Notes: a model not told the origin generated them from the sequence alone. A stretch of 64,000 nucleotides of DNA from an uncultured Actinomycetota bacterium (GCA_963702405.1 CAVPCM010000011.1:19764-83763); one strand, 5' to 3'. Shown: positions 22,041 through 31,265, counted from the first letter of the stretch. Translations and numbers: made by a program.

Positions 22041-22619
22041 ATGCCGGCATCCTCCGCCATCGTCACCGTCCCCAACATCCTGTCGTTCGCCCGCATCGCC
22101 TCGATCCCTCTGTTCTGCTGGCTGGCGGCGAACGAGCGGACGAGGGTCTGGGGGATCCTGCTGTTCGCCGTGGTGGTCAGCACCGATTGGGTCGACGGGT
22201 ACATCGCGCGTCGGACGGGCCAGGTCACCGAGCTCGGACGCATCCTCGATCCGGTCGCCGACCGGCTCGCCATCGCGGCCGGCCTCCTGACGTTCGCGAT
22301 CGCGGGGATCTTCCCGTTCTGGGCGGCGCTGTTGATCCTGGTTCGCGACGTCGTCGTCGTGCTCGGCGGCGCGGTGCTGCTCTGGGGGAGGAACATCCGG
22401 GTGGAGGTTCGCGGGATCGGCAAGATCGCCACCTTCTCGTTGATGGCCGCCATCGCGTGGATCGCCTGGGGCAACGCCGGCGGTCCGCTCGGCGATGTCC
22501 TCCTCGTCGGGGGATGGCTCGCGTACGTGGTGGGGATCGTCGAGTACTACCTCGCGGCCGGCCTCTACGCGATCGACGTCCGCGACGCCCTCGCGGAGCG
22601 AGGCATGCTGGAGGAGTAA
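22041..22619 (+). CDS. CDP-alcohol phosphatidyltransferase (PgsA-like)
   Basis: DGYIAR-x8-G-x3-DPVADR motif and multi-TM topology. The ATG at 22020 is only 3 nt after the tRNA, so 22041 is preferred. Confidence 0.75.
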   Translation: MPASSAIVTVPNILSFARIASIPLFCWLAANERTRVWGILLFAVVVSTDWVDGYIARRTGQVTELGRILDPVADRLAIAAGLLTFAIAGIFPFWAALLILVRDVVVVLGGAVLLWGRNIRVEVRGIGKIATFSLMAAIAWIAWGNAGGPLGDVLLVGGWLAYVVGIVEYYLAAGLYAIDVRDALAERGMLEE

Positions 22620-22694
22620 GTTCACGCCGGGCCCGCGGTGGTTGGTCATCACCGACCCGGGCGTGCCACGGCGAACCGAGAACGGGAGGAACGA

Positions 22695-23078
22695 GTGAAG
22701 TACCCGGAAGACCTGAGGTATTCGCGAGAGCACGAGTGGGCGCGATCGGAGAACGGACGCGTCCGCGTGGGCATCACCGACTTCGCCCAGGACGCGCTGG
22801 GCGACGTCGTGTACGTCGACCTCCCCGAGCCGGGCACGCAGGTGACGAGCGGGCAGGCGTTCGGGGAGGTTGAATCGACGAAATCCGTCAGCGACGTGTT
22901 CGCACCGGTCTCCGGAACGATCGTGGAACGCAACGCCGCCCTCGAAGAGCATCCGGAGCTCGTGAACGAGCATCCCTACGGGGACGGCTGGCTGGTCGCG
23001 ATCGACCCGGCGGACCCGGCCGACGTCGACGCGTTGCTCGATGCTGCGGCGTACCAGGAGCACATCTCGAGCTCCTGA
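22695..23078 (+). CDS. gcvH: glycine cleavage system H protein
   Basis: Lipoyl-lysine motif EVESTKSVSD. GTG start with GGGAGG RBS. Confidence 0.9.
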   Translation: MKYPEDLRYSREHEWARSENGRVRVGITDFAQDALGDVVYVDLPEPGTQVTSGQAFGEVESTKSVSDVFAPVSGTIVERNAALEEHPELVNEHPYGDGWLVAIDPADPADVDALLDAAAYQEHISSS

Positions 23079-23115
23079 GCCGCGGACCCTCGACGCTCGA
23101 CTGATACTCCAGCGC

Positions 23116-23173
23116 AGGTCGAGGGTCACGGCCGAGCCAGGTCGAGGGTGACCGGAGGAGCGAGGTCGAGGGT
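23116..23173 (+). repeat. three direct repeats (C)AGGTCGAGGGT at 23-24 bp spacing upstream of the FHA (garA-like) gene
   Basis: Read directly at 23116-26, 23139-49 and 23163-73. Confidence 0.6.
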
Positions 23174-23188
23174 ACGGCGAAGGCTCGG

Positions 23189-23217
23189 TTGACCCTCCTC
23201 ACCTGCTGCGATAACGT
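23189..23217 (+). promoter_or_regulatory. candidate sigma-A-like promoter TTGACC-17-TAACGT for the FHA gene
   Basis: Read directly. The repeats lie immediately upstream of the -35. Confidence 0.4.
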
Positions 23218-23293
23218 CCCCGACGCGTCGAGGTCGACGGTTGCCCACAACATCGAACGTCGACACCAGGTGGGGGAAGAGGGGAAGCAGACG

Positions 23294-23752
23294 GTGTTCT
23301 GTACTCGTTGTGGACATCCGAACCGCGACGACGCGCGCTTCTGCGCGGAGTGCGGAGCTCCCCTTCAGGACGACTCGACGGTCACGCTCACCCCGGTCGA
23401 GCCCGAAGAAGAGGAGAACGTCGAGTTCCCCTTCCCCGAAGACGAGCTCGAACCCGGGCAGGCGCTCCTTCAGGTCAAGCGTGGTCCCAACGCAGGGTCG
23501 ACGTTCCTCCTCGACACAGACACGTCCACGATCGGGCGGAACACGGAGAGCACGGTGTTCCTCGACGACATCACCGTCTCCCGTGCGCACGCCACGTTCG
23601 AGCGCAAAGGTGCGGAGTGGTTCGTCCGCGATGCGGGGAGCCTCAACGGGACCTACGTGAACGGCGAACAGGTCGACGAGACGAAGTTGGCCACGGGCGA
23701 TCAGGTCCAGATCGGACGCTTCAGGCTGACGTTCTTCCAGGCAGGGGGATGA
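23294..23752 (+). CDS. FHA-domain protein with N-terminal zinc ribbon (GarA/OdhI positional homologue)
   Basis: CTRCGHPN...CAECG zinc ribbon. FHA core GR..ES.V.LDD..VSR.HA. Sits between gcvH and a MerR gene as garA does in mycobacteria. GTG start after a GGGGAAGAGGGGAAG RBS. Confidence 0.75.
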   Translation: MFCTRCGHPNRDDARFCAECGAPLQDDSTVTLTPVEPEEEENVEFPFPEDELEPGQALLQVKRGPNAGSTFLLDTDTSTIGRNTESTVFLDDITVSRAHATFERKGAEWFVRDAGSLNGTYVNGEQVDETKLATGDQVQIGRFRLTFFQAGG

Positions 23753-23753
23753 G

Positions 23754-24485
23754 GTGGAGATGGCCGGCACGCGCAACTACCAGTCGATCGGTGAGGTCCT
23801 CGTGTCCGTGAAGACGGAGTTCCCGGACATCACGATCTCGAAGATCCGGTTCCTCGAGGCCGAGGGCCTGATCGAGCCCGAGCGGACGCCGTCCGGCTAC
23901 CGCAAGTTCTACCGCCACGACGTCGACCGGCTGAAGTCGATCCTCCGGCTCCAGCGCGACGAGTACCTCCCCTTGAAGGTGATCAAGGAACGGCTGCTCC
24001 ATCAGGACGCGGGGGTCGACGACGTCGGGGCCGTAGCCGACGGAGAAGCCGCTGACGGCGACGACGTATCGGCGACCGACGAGATCGCGGAAGCGCCCAC
24101 CGGGCTGCAGATGTCGCTCGAGGAGATGTCCACCGCCACCGGGATCGATCGCGACCGGATCAAAGAGCTCGAAGCGTTCGGGATCATCTCCACGCATGGC
24201 CCCGAGGGAGCCCGCTATTACGACGGGGACGACTTCATCATCCTGTCGATCGTGAAGGACTTCTTCCGCTACGGGATCGAGGCTCGTCATCTCACGATGT
24301 ACAAGCACTTCGCGGACCGGGAGTCGTCCTTCTTCGATCAGATCGTGGCGCCGACCCTCCGGCAGAAGAACCCGGACGCTCGCCGCACCGCGGCCCAAAC
24401 CCTGGCGAACCTGTCGTCCACGTCGCGGAAGTTCAAGCAAGCGCTCCTGCGGACGAACCTGCGCGACAACCTTCGTAGCGCGTGA
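23754..24485 (+). CDS. MerR-family transcriptional regulator (Rv1828-like)
   Basis: N-terminal HTH (YQSIGEVLVSVKTEFPDITISKIRFLEAEGLIEPERTPSGYRKF). Confidence 0.8.
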   Translation: MEMAGTRNYQSIGEVLVSVKTEFPDITISKIRFLEAEGLIEPERTPSGYRKFYRHDVDRLKSILRLQRDEYLPLKVIKERLLHQDAGVDDVGAVADGEAADGDDVSATDEIAEAPTGLQMSLEEMSTATGIDRDRIKELEAFGIISTHGPEGARYYDGDDFIILSIVKDFFRYGIEARHLTMYKHFADRESSFFDQIVAPTLRQKNPDARRTAAQTLANLSSTSRKFKQALLRTNLRDNLRSA

Positions 24486-25753
24486 AGCGGAGGGCCGCCG
24501 CCGGCGCGGCCGCCTTCCTGCCACTCCTGCTCCTGATCGCCCAGGCGTCGTGGCTGCACGCGATCGGCGCCCCGGCCGCGCCACCCCCGACGCCGGTCCC
24601 GCCCAACGGATCGCCGTCCCCGTTCGTGTCGCGGCTCACTACGCCCGCCGACCCGGTCCCGGTCCCACGGATCGATGCCCCGGCCCTCGTCCTGATGGAT
24701 CTCGCCGCCGGGCAGGTCCTGTATCAGCGAGCCGCAGCGTCGGCGCGACCGGTCGCGAGCCTGACGAAGCTGATGACGGCGTTGCTCGTCCTCGAAGCCG
24801 AGGAGGGGCGTCTGGATCGAACCGTCCGTGTCGATCCCGACGCCGTCTTCGGCCGGGGGCAGTACGGGGCGGGGTCGTCGCTCGGCCTCCGGTCGGGCGA
24901 GCGGGTCTCGGTCCGGGGGTTGCTCGCCGGCCTGCTCCTCGGGTCCGCGAACGACGCCGCGGAGGCGCTCGCCATCGAGGAGTCGGGGAGCGTCGGCGCG
25001 TTCGTCACGGCGATGAACGCGCGAGCGCGTGCCCTCGGGATGGCGGAGACGACCTTCGCGTCCCCCCACGGCTTGGACGACCGAGGTCTGTCGTCGGCAT
25101 CCGACATGCTCACGTTGCTGCGCCAAGTTCGGAGGCACACGGCGTTCCGGCGGCTCGTGGCCAGCAGGCTCGTCGTCGTCCGCTCGGACTCGGCGCCGCC
25201 ACGGCGGATCCAGAATCGCAACGTGATGCTGTGGCTGTATCCGGGGGCCTCCGGGGTGAAGACCGGGTCCACGGCGGGCGCGGGGTACTGCCTCGTCGCG
25301 ACCGCCGAACGCGGCGGGCGAGAGCTCGCTGCCGTCGTCCTCGGCGGTCGTGACGAGGTGTTCTCCGAGGCGGCCGCGCTCCTGAACCACGGGTTCGCGG
25401 CGTACCAGGTGCGGACCTTGGTCTCCGAAGGAGCGCCGCTCGGGAGCGTTCGGGTGCGTGGCGGCACCGTGCCCGTCGTGGCGGGGGAGGAGCTGGAGGC
25501 GCTCGTGCGCGTGCAGGACACCGGGGGGGTCGATCGGATCGTCACGGCAGCGAGGTCGGTCGCGTACCCTCCCGCGAGCGGCTCCGAAGTGGGGACCCTC
25601 CGCGTGACCTCGGGCGGAGCCGTTCTCGGGCAGGTGCCCGTCCTGGTTGCGGACCTCCCTCCGCCGGAGGAGCCACGCGGCTCCTGGTGGGGCCGGGCGG
25701 TCGGCGCCGTCTCGTCCGCGCTGGGCGGCGTGATCGCCGATCTCATGGACTGA
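24482..25753 (+). CDS. dacB: D-alanyl-D-alanine carboxypeptidase (S11 PBP)
   Basis: SLTK (SxxK), SAND (SxN) and KTGST (KTG) motifs. Signal peptide. Confidence 0.85.
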   Translation: MKRRAAAGAAAFLPLLLLIAQASWLHAIGAPAAPPPTPVPPNGSPSPFVSRLTTPADPVPVPRIDAPALVLMDLAAGQVLYQRAAASARPVASLTKLMTALLVLEAEEGRLDRTVRVDPDAVFGRGQYGAGSSLGLRSGERVSVRGLLAGLLLGSANDAAEALAIEESGSVGAFVTAMNARARALGMAETTFASPHGLDDRGLSSASDMLTLLRQVRRHTAFRRLVASRLVVVRSDSAPPRRIQNRNVMLWLYPGASGVKTGSTAGAGYCLVATAERGGRELAAVVLGGRDEVFSEAAALLNHGFAAYQVRTLVSEGAPLGSVRVRGGTVPVVAGEELEALVRVQDTGGVDRIVTAARSVAYPPASGSEVGTLRVTSGGAVLGQVPVLVADLPPPEEPRGSWWGRAVGAVSSALGGVIADLMD

Positions 25754-25827
25754 GCGACGCGGGTTCACCGCCGACCCTGGCCGGGCTCCACCAGCTCCGG
25801 CCGAACGGATGCTAGGCTCCGAACCCG

Positions 25828-26406
25828 ATGACGGAGCTCGCTCGCGTGCTGTACGGGCGCGAGGACATCCACCGCCGCGTGGACGAGCTCGGCCGCACGA
25901 TCACCGGGGACTACGTGGGGCGTGAGCCCGTCCTCATCTCGGTGCTCAAGGGCGGCACGGTGTTCCTCGCGGATCTGATGCGCCAGATCCCGTTGCCGCT
26001 GGAGACCCACCTGATGGCGATCAGCCCTTACGGCGGCCACGAGGTGTCGCTGGGACGGGTGCGGATCCTCCTCGACGTCGAGATCGACCTGACGGACCGC
26101 GATGTCGTGCTCGTCGAAGACATCGTCGACACCGGGCTCACGCTCTCCTATCTCTTGTCGATCCTGCGGTCCCGCAACCCCGCTTCGCTCGAGGTGTGCA
26201 CGCTCCTCGACCGATCGATCCGACGGATCGTCCCTCTCACCCCCCGATATGTGGGGTTCGATTGCCCGGACAGCTTCGTCGTCGGGTACGGCCTCGACTT
26301 CGAGCAGCGGTACCGGAACCTCGCCGACATCCTGGAGATCTCCGATACCGCGGCGCTCAAGGCCGATCCCGACGCCCTGCTCCCGCATCTCGCCGTCCCG
26401 GCCTGA
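25828..26406 (+). CDS. hpt: hypoxanthine phosphoribosyltransferase
   Basis: PRPP-binding VLLVEDIVDTGLTL. Confidence 0.88.
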   Translation: MTELARVLYGREDIHRRVDELGRTITGDYVGREPVLISVLKGGTVFLADLMRQIPLPLETHLMAISPYGGHEVSLGRVRILLDVEIDLTDRDVVLVEDIVDTGLTLSYLLSILRSRNPASLEVCTLLDRSIRRIVPLTPRYVGFDCPDSFVVGYGLDFEQRYRNLADILEISDTAALKADPDALLPHLAVPA

Positions 26407-26450
26407 GGGAGGTTGCGCTCGGTCGCAAGCCCCTCGTACAGTGCCAACAC

Positions 26451-26939
26451 ATGATCGAGATGCAGCTGGAAGGCGTTCGCGTGGAGCTTCCGACCAACCA
26501 GCCGATCGTGTTGCTGCGGGAGCGAGACGGGGAGCGGTACCTCCCGATCTGGATCGGGGCCTCCGAGGCGGCCGCGATCGCGCTCTCATTGCAAGGGGTT
26601 CAGACCCCCAGGCCGATGACCCATGACCTGATGAAGAACATCCTCGAGGATCTCTCCGTCGCCGTGCAGAAGATCGTCGTGACCGAACTCCGAGACTCGA
26701 CGTTCTACGCGACGATCGAGCTCCAGCGGAACGGGGATCACTACGAGGTGAGCTCGCGACCCTCGGATGCGATCGCTTTGGCCGTGCGGCTCGCCGTCCC
26801 GATCTTCGCCAGCGAGGACGTGCTCGACGAGGCGTCGATCCTGATCCCCGGCGAGGAAGACGAAGAGGTCGAGAAGTTCAGGGAGTTCCTCGACCAGGTC
26901 ACGCCCGAGGACTTCAAGCCCGAAGGCCCGCCAGACTGA
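26451..26939 (+). CDS. bifunctional nuclease family protein (BFN/DUF151, Rv1829-like)
   Basis: N-terminus PIVLLRERDGERYLPIWIGASEAAAIA typical of DUF151. Confidence 0.75.
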   Translation: MIEMQLEGVRVELPTNQPIVLLRERDGERYLPIWIGASEAAAIALSLQGVQTPRPMTHDLMKNILEDLSVAVQKIVVTELRDSTFYATIELQRNGDHYEVSSRPSDAIALAVRLAVPIFASEDVLDEASILIPGEEDEEVEKFREFLDQVTPEDFKPEGPPD

Positions 26940-26954
26940 GTCCGAGGTCGAGGA

Positions 26955-27440
26955 TCAGCCGTAGAAGAAGACGGTCACCCAGAGCAGGCCGTCGTCGTCC
27001 CGGTAGGTGCCGAGCGCGACGCGCCGGAAGCGCTCGTTGATGATGTTGGCGCGGTGGGGGGAGGACTTCATGAACGCTTCCTGCAGATCCGCGACCGACC
27101 CACCGGTGACGCCGACGTTCTCGCCCCACGTCGACCAGCTGACGCCCTTGAGGTAGTAGCTGGCGGGATCATGGGTGTGGAAGAGCTTGCCGAACCCTCC
27201 GGTGCCATCCGGCGTGGTCGCCATCTTGAGGCTGTGCTTCCGAGCGAGTCTCGAGATCTGCCAGTGGATGCCCACGCGTCGGATGTCATGGTGCACCCGA
27301 CTGTTGTTGGTGGCTCGGTACATCCGGGCCCTGGGCGAGAGCGTCGCGGCGCCCGCCGAAGGGGGAGCGAGCGCGGTCAGGCCCGTCATGAGAGCCGACA
27401 CGAGGGCGATCCTCGTGAGTGCGGTTCGGGTTCGTGTCAT
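26955..27440 (-). CDS. secreted CAP/SCP (PR-1-like) domain protein, paralog 1
   Basis: Signal peptide. GENVG...EAFMKSSPHRANI...FRRVALG...LWVTVFFYG. Confidence 0.75.
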   Translation of the reverse strand: MTRTRTALTRIALVSALMTGLTALAPPSAGAATLSPRARMYRATNNSRVHHDIRRVGIHWQISRLARKHSLKMATTPDGTGGFGKLFHTHDPASYYLKGVSWSTWGENVGVTGGSVADLQEAFMKSSPHRANIINERFRRVALGTYRDDDGLLWVTVFFYG

Positions 27441-27550
27441 CGGGGGGTGTCCCTCGTCGGGCGGTCCCTAGTTCCGGGTAGTGCAGGTATTCCATCGACG
27501 TCGGGCGCTGAGAACTTGAGCCGCGGCCGCCGGGTGATCGCCCCCTTCCA

Positions 27551-27579
27551 TTGACACGTATTTCCCACGGGCATACGCT
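27551..27579 (+). promoter_or_regulatory. sigma-A-like promoter for MerR gene 27625 (TTGACA-17-TACGCT), followed by palindrome ACGACACCGTCGT
   Basis: Read directly. -35 TTGACA at 27551-56, -10 TACGCT at 27574-79. 13-bp palindrome at about 27584-27596. Confidence 0.45.
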
Positions 27580-27624
27580 GCAACGACACCGTCGTAATTA
27601 CCGAGCTGTGATGAGCGGGGAGCG

Positions 27625-28059
27625 ATGACGAGCGAAGAAGGGTTCCGGGTACCGGACGTCTGTCGCATCGTCGGCATCAGCTATCGGCAGCTCGACTATT
27701 GGGCCAGGACGGAGCTCGTGACGCCCTCGATCCGCGATGCGCGAGGATCGGGGACGCAGCGGTTGTACTCCTTCCAGGACCTCGTCTCGTTGAAGGTCAT
27801 CAAGAAGCTCCTGGACACGGGGGTGTCCCTCCAGCGGGTCCGCAAGGCCGTCGAGCACCTGCATTCGATGAAGCGACCCACGCACCGCGTCACCTTGATG
27901 TCGGACGGCCGTGGGGTCTACGAGGCCCACTCGGCGGAGGCCGTGATCGACCTCCTCCAGAAGGGACAGGGCGTCTTCGCCATCGCGCTCGACCAGGTCT
28001 GGAGCGACCTGGAGGGGACCCTCTCGAAACGCAGACGGGCGGCCGCAGGAGGGTCGTGA
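27625..28059 (+). CDS. MerR-family transcriptional regulator (Rv1830-like)
   Basis: HTH (FRVPDVCRIVGISYRQLDYWARTELV). GGGGAG RBS. Confidence 0.8.
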   Translation: MTSEEGFRVPDVCRIVGISYRQLDYWARTELVTPSIRDARGSGTQRLYSFQDLVSLKVIKKLLDTGVSLQRVRKAVEHLHSMKRPTHRVTLMSDGRGVYEAHSAEAVIDLLQKGQGVFAIALDQVWSDLEGTLSKRRRAAAGGS

Positions 28060-28442
28060 GCGCCCGAGCCGTGACCCCGGTCGCACCCACGTTGGAGTCC
28101 CTCCCCAAGAGCGAAACGGTCCGTTTCGCCCACGCTTCCGAGCGCCAGTTCGCGCAGCTGCTCGACTTCTACGGCATCGTCTGGGACTACGAGCCGACAT
28201 CGTTCGACATCGAGTGGGACCGTGAGGGCAACGTCGTACGCCGCTTCACCCCGGACTTCTTCCTCCCGGAGTTCGACCTGTACATCGAGATCACCACGCT
28301 GAACCAGAAGCTCGTCACCAGGAAGAACCGGAAGGTCCGTCAGCTGCGCGAGCGCTATCCGGAGATCCGGTGCAAGGTCTTCTATCAGCGCGACTACCTC
28401 TCGCTCGTCACGAAGTACGGGCTCGAGGACCGCTCCGGCTGA
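28056..28442 (+). CDS. conserved hypothetical protein with possible PD-(D/E)xK-like motif
   Basis: GTG start overlapping the MerR stop (GTGA). FTPDFFLPEFDLYIEITTLNQK resembles a D...E.K nuclease core. Confidence 0.5.
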   Translation: MSARAVTPVAPTLESLPKSETVRFAHASERQFAQLLDFYGIVWDYEPTSFDIEWDREGNVVRRFTPDFFLPEFDLYIEITTLNQKLVTRKNRKVRQLRERYPEIRCKVFYQRDYLSLVTKYGLEDRSG

Positions 28443-28470
28443 GCGGCGGCCTGCCCGTACACTGCTCGCC

Positions 28471-29793
28471 GTGAAGTTCGCCCCGCATACCGATGCCGAG
28501 ATCGGCGAGATGCTCTCGGCGATCGGCATCGATTCCCTCGACGCGCTGTTCGAGCAGATCCCCCCTTCGGTCCGTCTCCAGGGGTCGCTCGGGCTGCCGG
28601 ACGGCGTCTCGGAGCTCGAGATCGTCGAGGATCTCCGGGCGCTCGCCGCGCGCGATCGGCACCTGGACGAGCTGGTGTGCTTCGCCGGCGCGGGCGCCTA
28701 CGACCACTTCATCCCCGCCGTGGTGTGGGCGCTCGCCGCCCGATCGGAGTTCTCGACCTCGTACACGCCGTATCAGCCGGAGCTCTCGCAAGGCGTGCTC
28801 CAGGTCCTCTTCGAGTTCCAATCGATGGTGTGCGAGCTCACCGGGATGGACGTGTCGAACGCCTCCCTCTACGACGGTGCGACGGCGCTCGTGGAGGCCG
28901 TGCACATGGCCAGGGGGGGCGAGCGGACCCGGGTCCTCGTCTCGGAGGGGGTGGACCCGAGGCTGGTCGAGACCCTGCGGACGTACGGGAAGGGATCCGG
29001 GTACGAGCCGGAGATCTTCGCATCCGAGGATGGCCGGGGAGGTGCGCCGGCCGTCGGAGACGACGTCGCGGCCGTCGTCGTTCAGCACCCCAATGTGCTC
29101 GGGATCCTCGAGCCGGCCTCCGAGCTCTTCTCCGCGGCGAGGGAGGGCGGCGCCAGGGCGATCCAGGTCTTCGACCCGCTCTCCCTGGGGGTGCTGGCTC
29201 CGCCGGGGGAGCTCGGTGCAGACATCGCCGTCGCCGAGGGCCAGTCCCTCGGGAACCATCTCGCCTTCGGCGGCCCGTACCTGGGGCTCATCGCCGCCAG
29301 GATGTCGGACGTGCGCCGGATGCCCGGCAGGATCGTGGGGGAGACGGTCGACGTCGACGGCACACCCGGGTACGTGCTCACCCTGCAGGCGCGAGAGCAG
29401 CACATCCGTCGTGAGAAGGCCAACTCGAACATCTGCACGAACCAGACCCTGATGGCGGTGGCGACCACGATCTACCTCGGGTGGCTCGGTCCGGAGGGCC
29501 TCGCCGAGATCGGGCGCCGATGCGCCGCGAAGGCCGCCTACGCCGCGGACCGGCTCACCGAGATCGAGGGTGTCTCACTCCTGCATCCCTCCGCGCGGTT
29601 CTTCAAGGAGTTCGCGCTCCGGGTCCCCGTCGCTGCGGACCGCGTCGTCGCCGCTCTCGTGGAGCGCGGATTCCTCGCGGGCGTCCCGCTGCCGCGGGAA
29701 GGAGACGACGTCCTGCTCGTGGCCGTCACGGAGCGGCGGAGCAAGGAGCAGATCGACGCCTTCGCCGAGGCGATGGGGGAGGCGCTCGCGTGA
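28471..29793 (+). CDS. gcvPA: glycine dehydrogenase (decarboxylating) subunit 1
   Basis: N-terminal half of the P-protein (MKFAPHTDAEIGEMLSAIG...). Confidence 0.9.
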   Translation: MKFAPHTDAEIGEMLSAIGIDSLDALFEQIPPSVRLQGSLGLPDGVSELEIVEDLRALAARDRHLDELVCFAGAGAYDHFIPAVVWALAARSEFSTSYTPYQPELSQGVLQVLFEFQSMVCELTGMDVSNASLYDGATALVEAVHMARGGERTRVLVSEGVDPRLVETLRTYGKGSGYEPEIFASEDGRGGAPAVGDDVAAVVVQHPNVLGILEPASELFSAAREGGARAIQVFDPLSLGVLAPPGELGADIAVAEGQSLGNHLAFGGPYLGLIAARMSDVRRMPGRIVGETVDVDGTPGYVLTLQAREQHIRREKANSNICTNQTLMAVATTIYLGWLGPEGLAEIGRRCAAKAAYAADRLTEIEGVSLLHPSARFFKEFALRVPVAADRVVAALVERGFLAGVPLPREGDDVLLVAVTERRSKEQIDAFAEAMGEALA

Positions 29794-31265
29794 ACGCGGT
29801 GGGGGCGCCGATCCGCCGGCAGGGCCCGGGAGGCCACGGCACGATCTTGGACCGCTCCGTTCCCGGCCGCCGCGCTTGGAGCTTGCCGCCCCTGGACGTT
29901 CCCGAGGCGCCCGTGCCGGAGGAGCACGCCCGCGGACGTCGTCCCGGGCTGCCCGAGGTCGGGGAGGTGGACCTCGTCCGCCACTACACGGGCCTGGCGC
30001 AGATGAACTACGGCCTCGATACGGGGATGTACCCCCTCGGCTCGTGCACGATGAAGTACAACCCGAAGGTCGCCGAGGCGGTCGCCGCCCTCCCGGGTTT
30101 CCAGCGCCTCCACCCCCTCCAGCCGGACAGCACCACGCAAGGCGTGCTGGAGCTCCTGTGGCGCCTGGAGCGCGCTCTGTGCGAGATCACGGGGATGGAC
30201 GAGGCGACGCTGCAGCCGCCGGCCGGCGCGTGCGGCGAGATGACCGGTCTCCTCCTGATGCGCGCGTTCCACGAGGATCGCGGCGACGCGAGGCGTCGCG
30301 TGATCATCCCGGATTCCGCCCATGGCACCAACCCCGCCAGCGTGCGGCTTGCCGGGTTCGAGGCAGTGCCGGTCCGCTCCGACGCCCGAGGTCTGGTCGA
30401 CGCCGGGGCGCTGGCGAAGCTCGTGGACGACTCCGTGGCCGGTCTGATGCTCACGAACCCGAACACGCTCGGTCTGTTCGAGGAGGAGATCGAGGAGATC
30501 GCGGCGACGATCCACGGTGTCGGCGGGCTCCTCTACTACGACGGGGCGAACCTGAACGCGATCCTCGGGCGGTGTCGTCCCGGCGACATGGGTTTCGACA
30601 TCGTCCATATCAACACCCACAAGACGTTCGCGACACCGCACGGAGGAGGTGGCCCGGGGGCGGGACCCGTGGGGGTGAAGGACGAGCTGGTCCCCTTCCT
30701 GCCCGCACCGACCGTCCGGAGGAACGCGGATGGCGGATTCTCACTCGACCCCGGCGGGGAGCGCTCGATCGGTCGGATGCACGGGTTCCACGGGAACGTC
30801 GGGATCCTGCTCCGGGCCTACGCCTACGTGTTCCTGCACGGTGCCGACGGACTCAGGGAGGTCAGCGAGCTGGCGGCGCTGAACGCGAACTACCTCGCTC
30901 ACCTCGTGGGGGAGGAGTTCCCGCTCGCGCATCCGGGCATGCGGCCGATGCACGAGTTCGTGGCCACCGCGAAGCAGATCCGAAACGCGACCGGGATCAA
31001 GGCCATGGATGTCGCGAAACGCATGATCGACCTGGGGTTCCACCCGTCGACGGTGTACTTCCCCCTCGTCGTGGAGGAGGCTCTGATGGTGGAGCCGACG
31101 GAGACGGAGTCGAAGGCGACCCTCGAGGCCTTCGGCGAGGCGCTCCGCCGGACGGCGGAGGAGGCTCGCGAGCGACCCGACCTCCTCCGGGAGGCGCCCG
31201 TGACCACGCCCGTGCGTCGCCTCGACGAAGCTCGCGCGGCCAGAGCGCTGAAGCTCCGCTGGTAG
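29790..31265 (+). CDS. gcvPB: glycine dehydrogenase (decarboxylating) subunit 2
   Basis: PLP-binding half (GSCTMKYNPK...HINTHKTFATPHGGGGPG). GTG start overlapping the gcvPA stop. Confidence 0.9.
   Translation: MNAVGAPIRRQGPGGHGTILDRSVPGRRAWSLPPLDVPEAPVPEEHARGRRPGLPEVGEVDLVRHYTGLAQMNYGLDTGMYPLGSCTMKYNPKVAEAVAALPGFQRLHPLQPDSTTQGVLELLWRLERALCEITGMDEATLQPPAGACGEMTGLLLMRAFHEDRGDARRRVIIPDSAHGTNPASVRLAGFEAVPVRSDARGLVDAGALAKLVDDSVAGLMLTNPNTLGLFEEEIEEIAATIHGVGGLLYYDGANLNAILGRCRPGDMGFDIVHINTHKTFATPHGGGGPGAGPVGVKDELVPFLPAPTVRRNADGGFSLDPGGERSIGRMHGFHGNVGILLRAYAYVFLHGADGLREVSELAALNANYLAHLVGEEFPLAHPGMRPMHEFVATAKQIRNATGIKAMDVAKRMIDLGFHPSTVYFPLVVEEALMVEPTETESKATLEAFGEALRRTAEEARERPDLLREAPVTTPVRRLDEARAARALKLRW

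Noticed and set aside
22620-22694. Glycine riboswitch upstream of gcvH or gcvPA
   Set aside because: The upstream spacers are short (75 and 28 nt) and lack the conserved glycine-aptamer features. No support.
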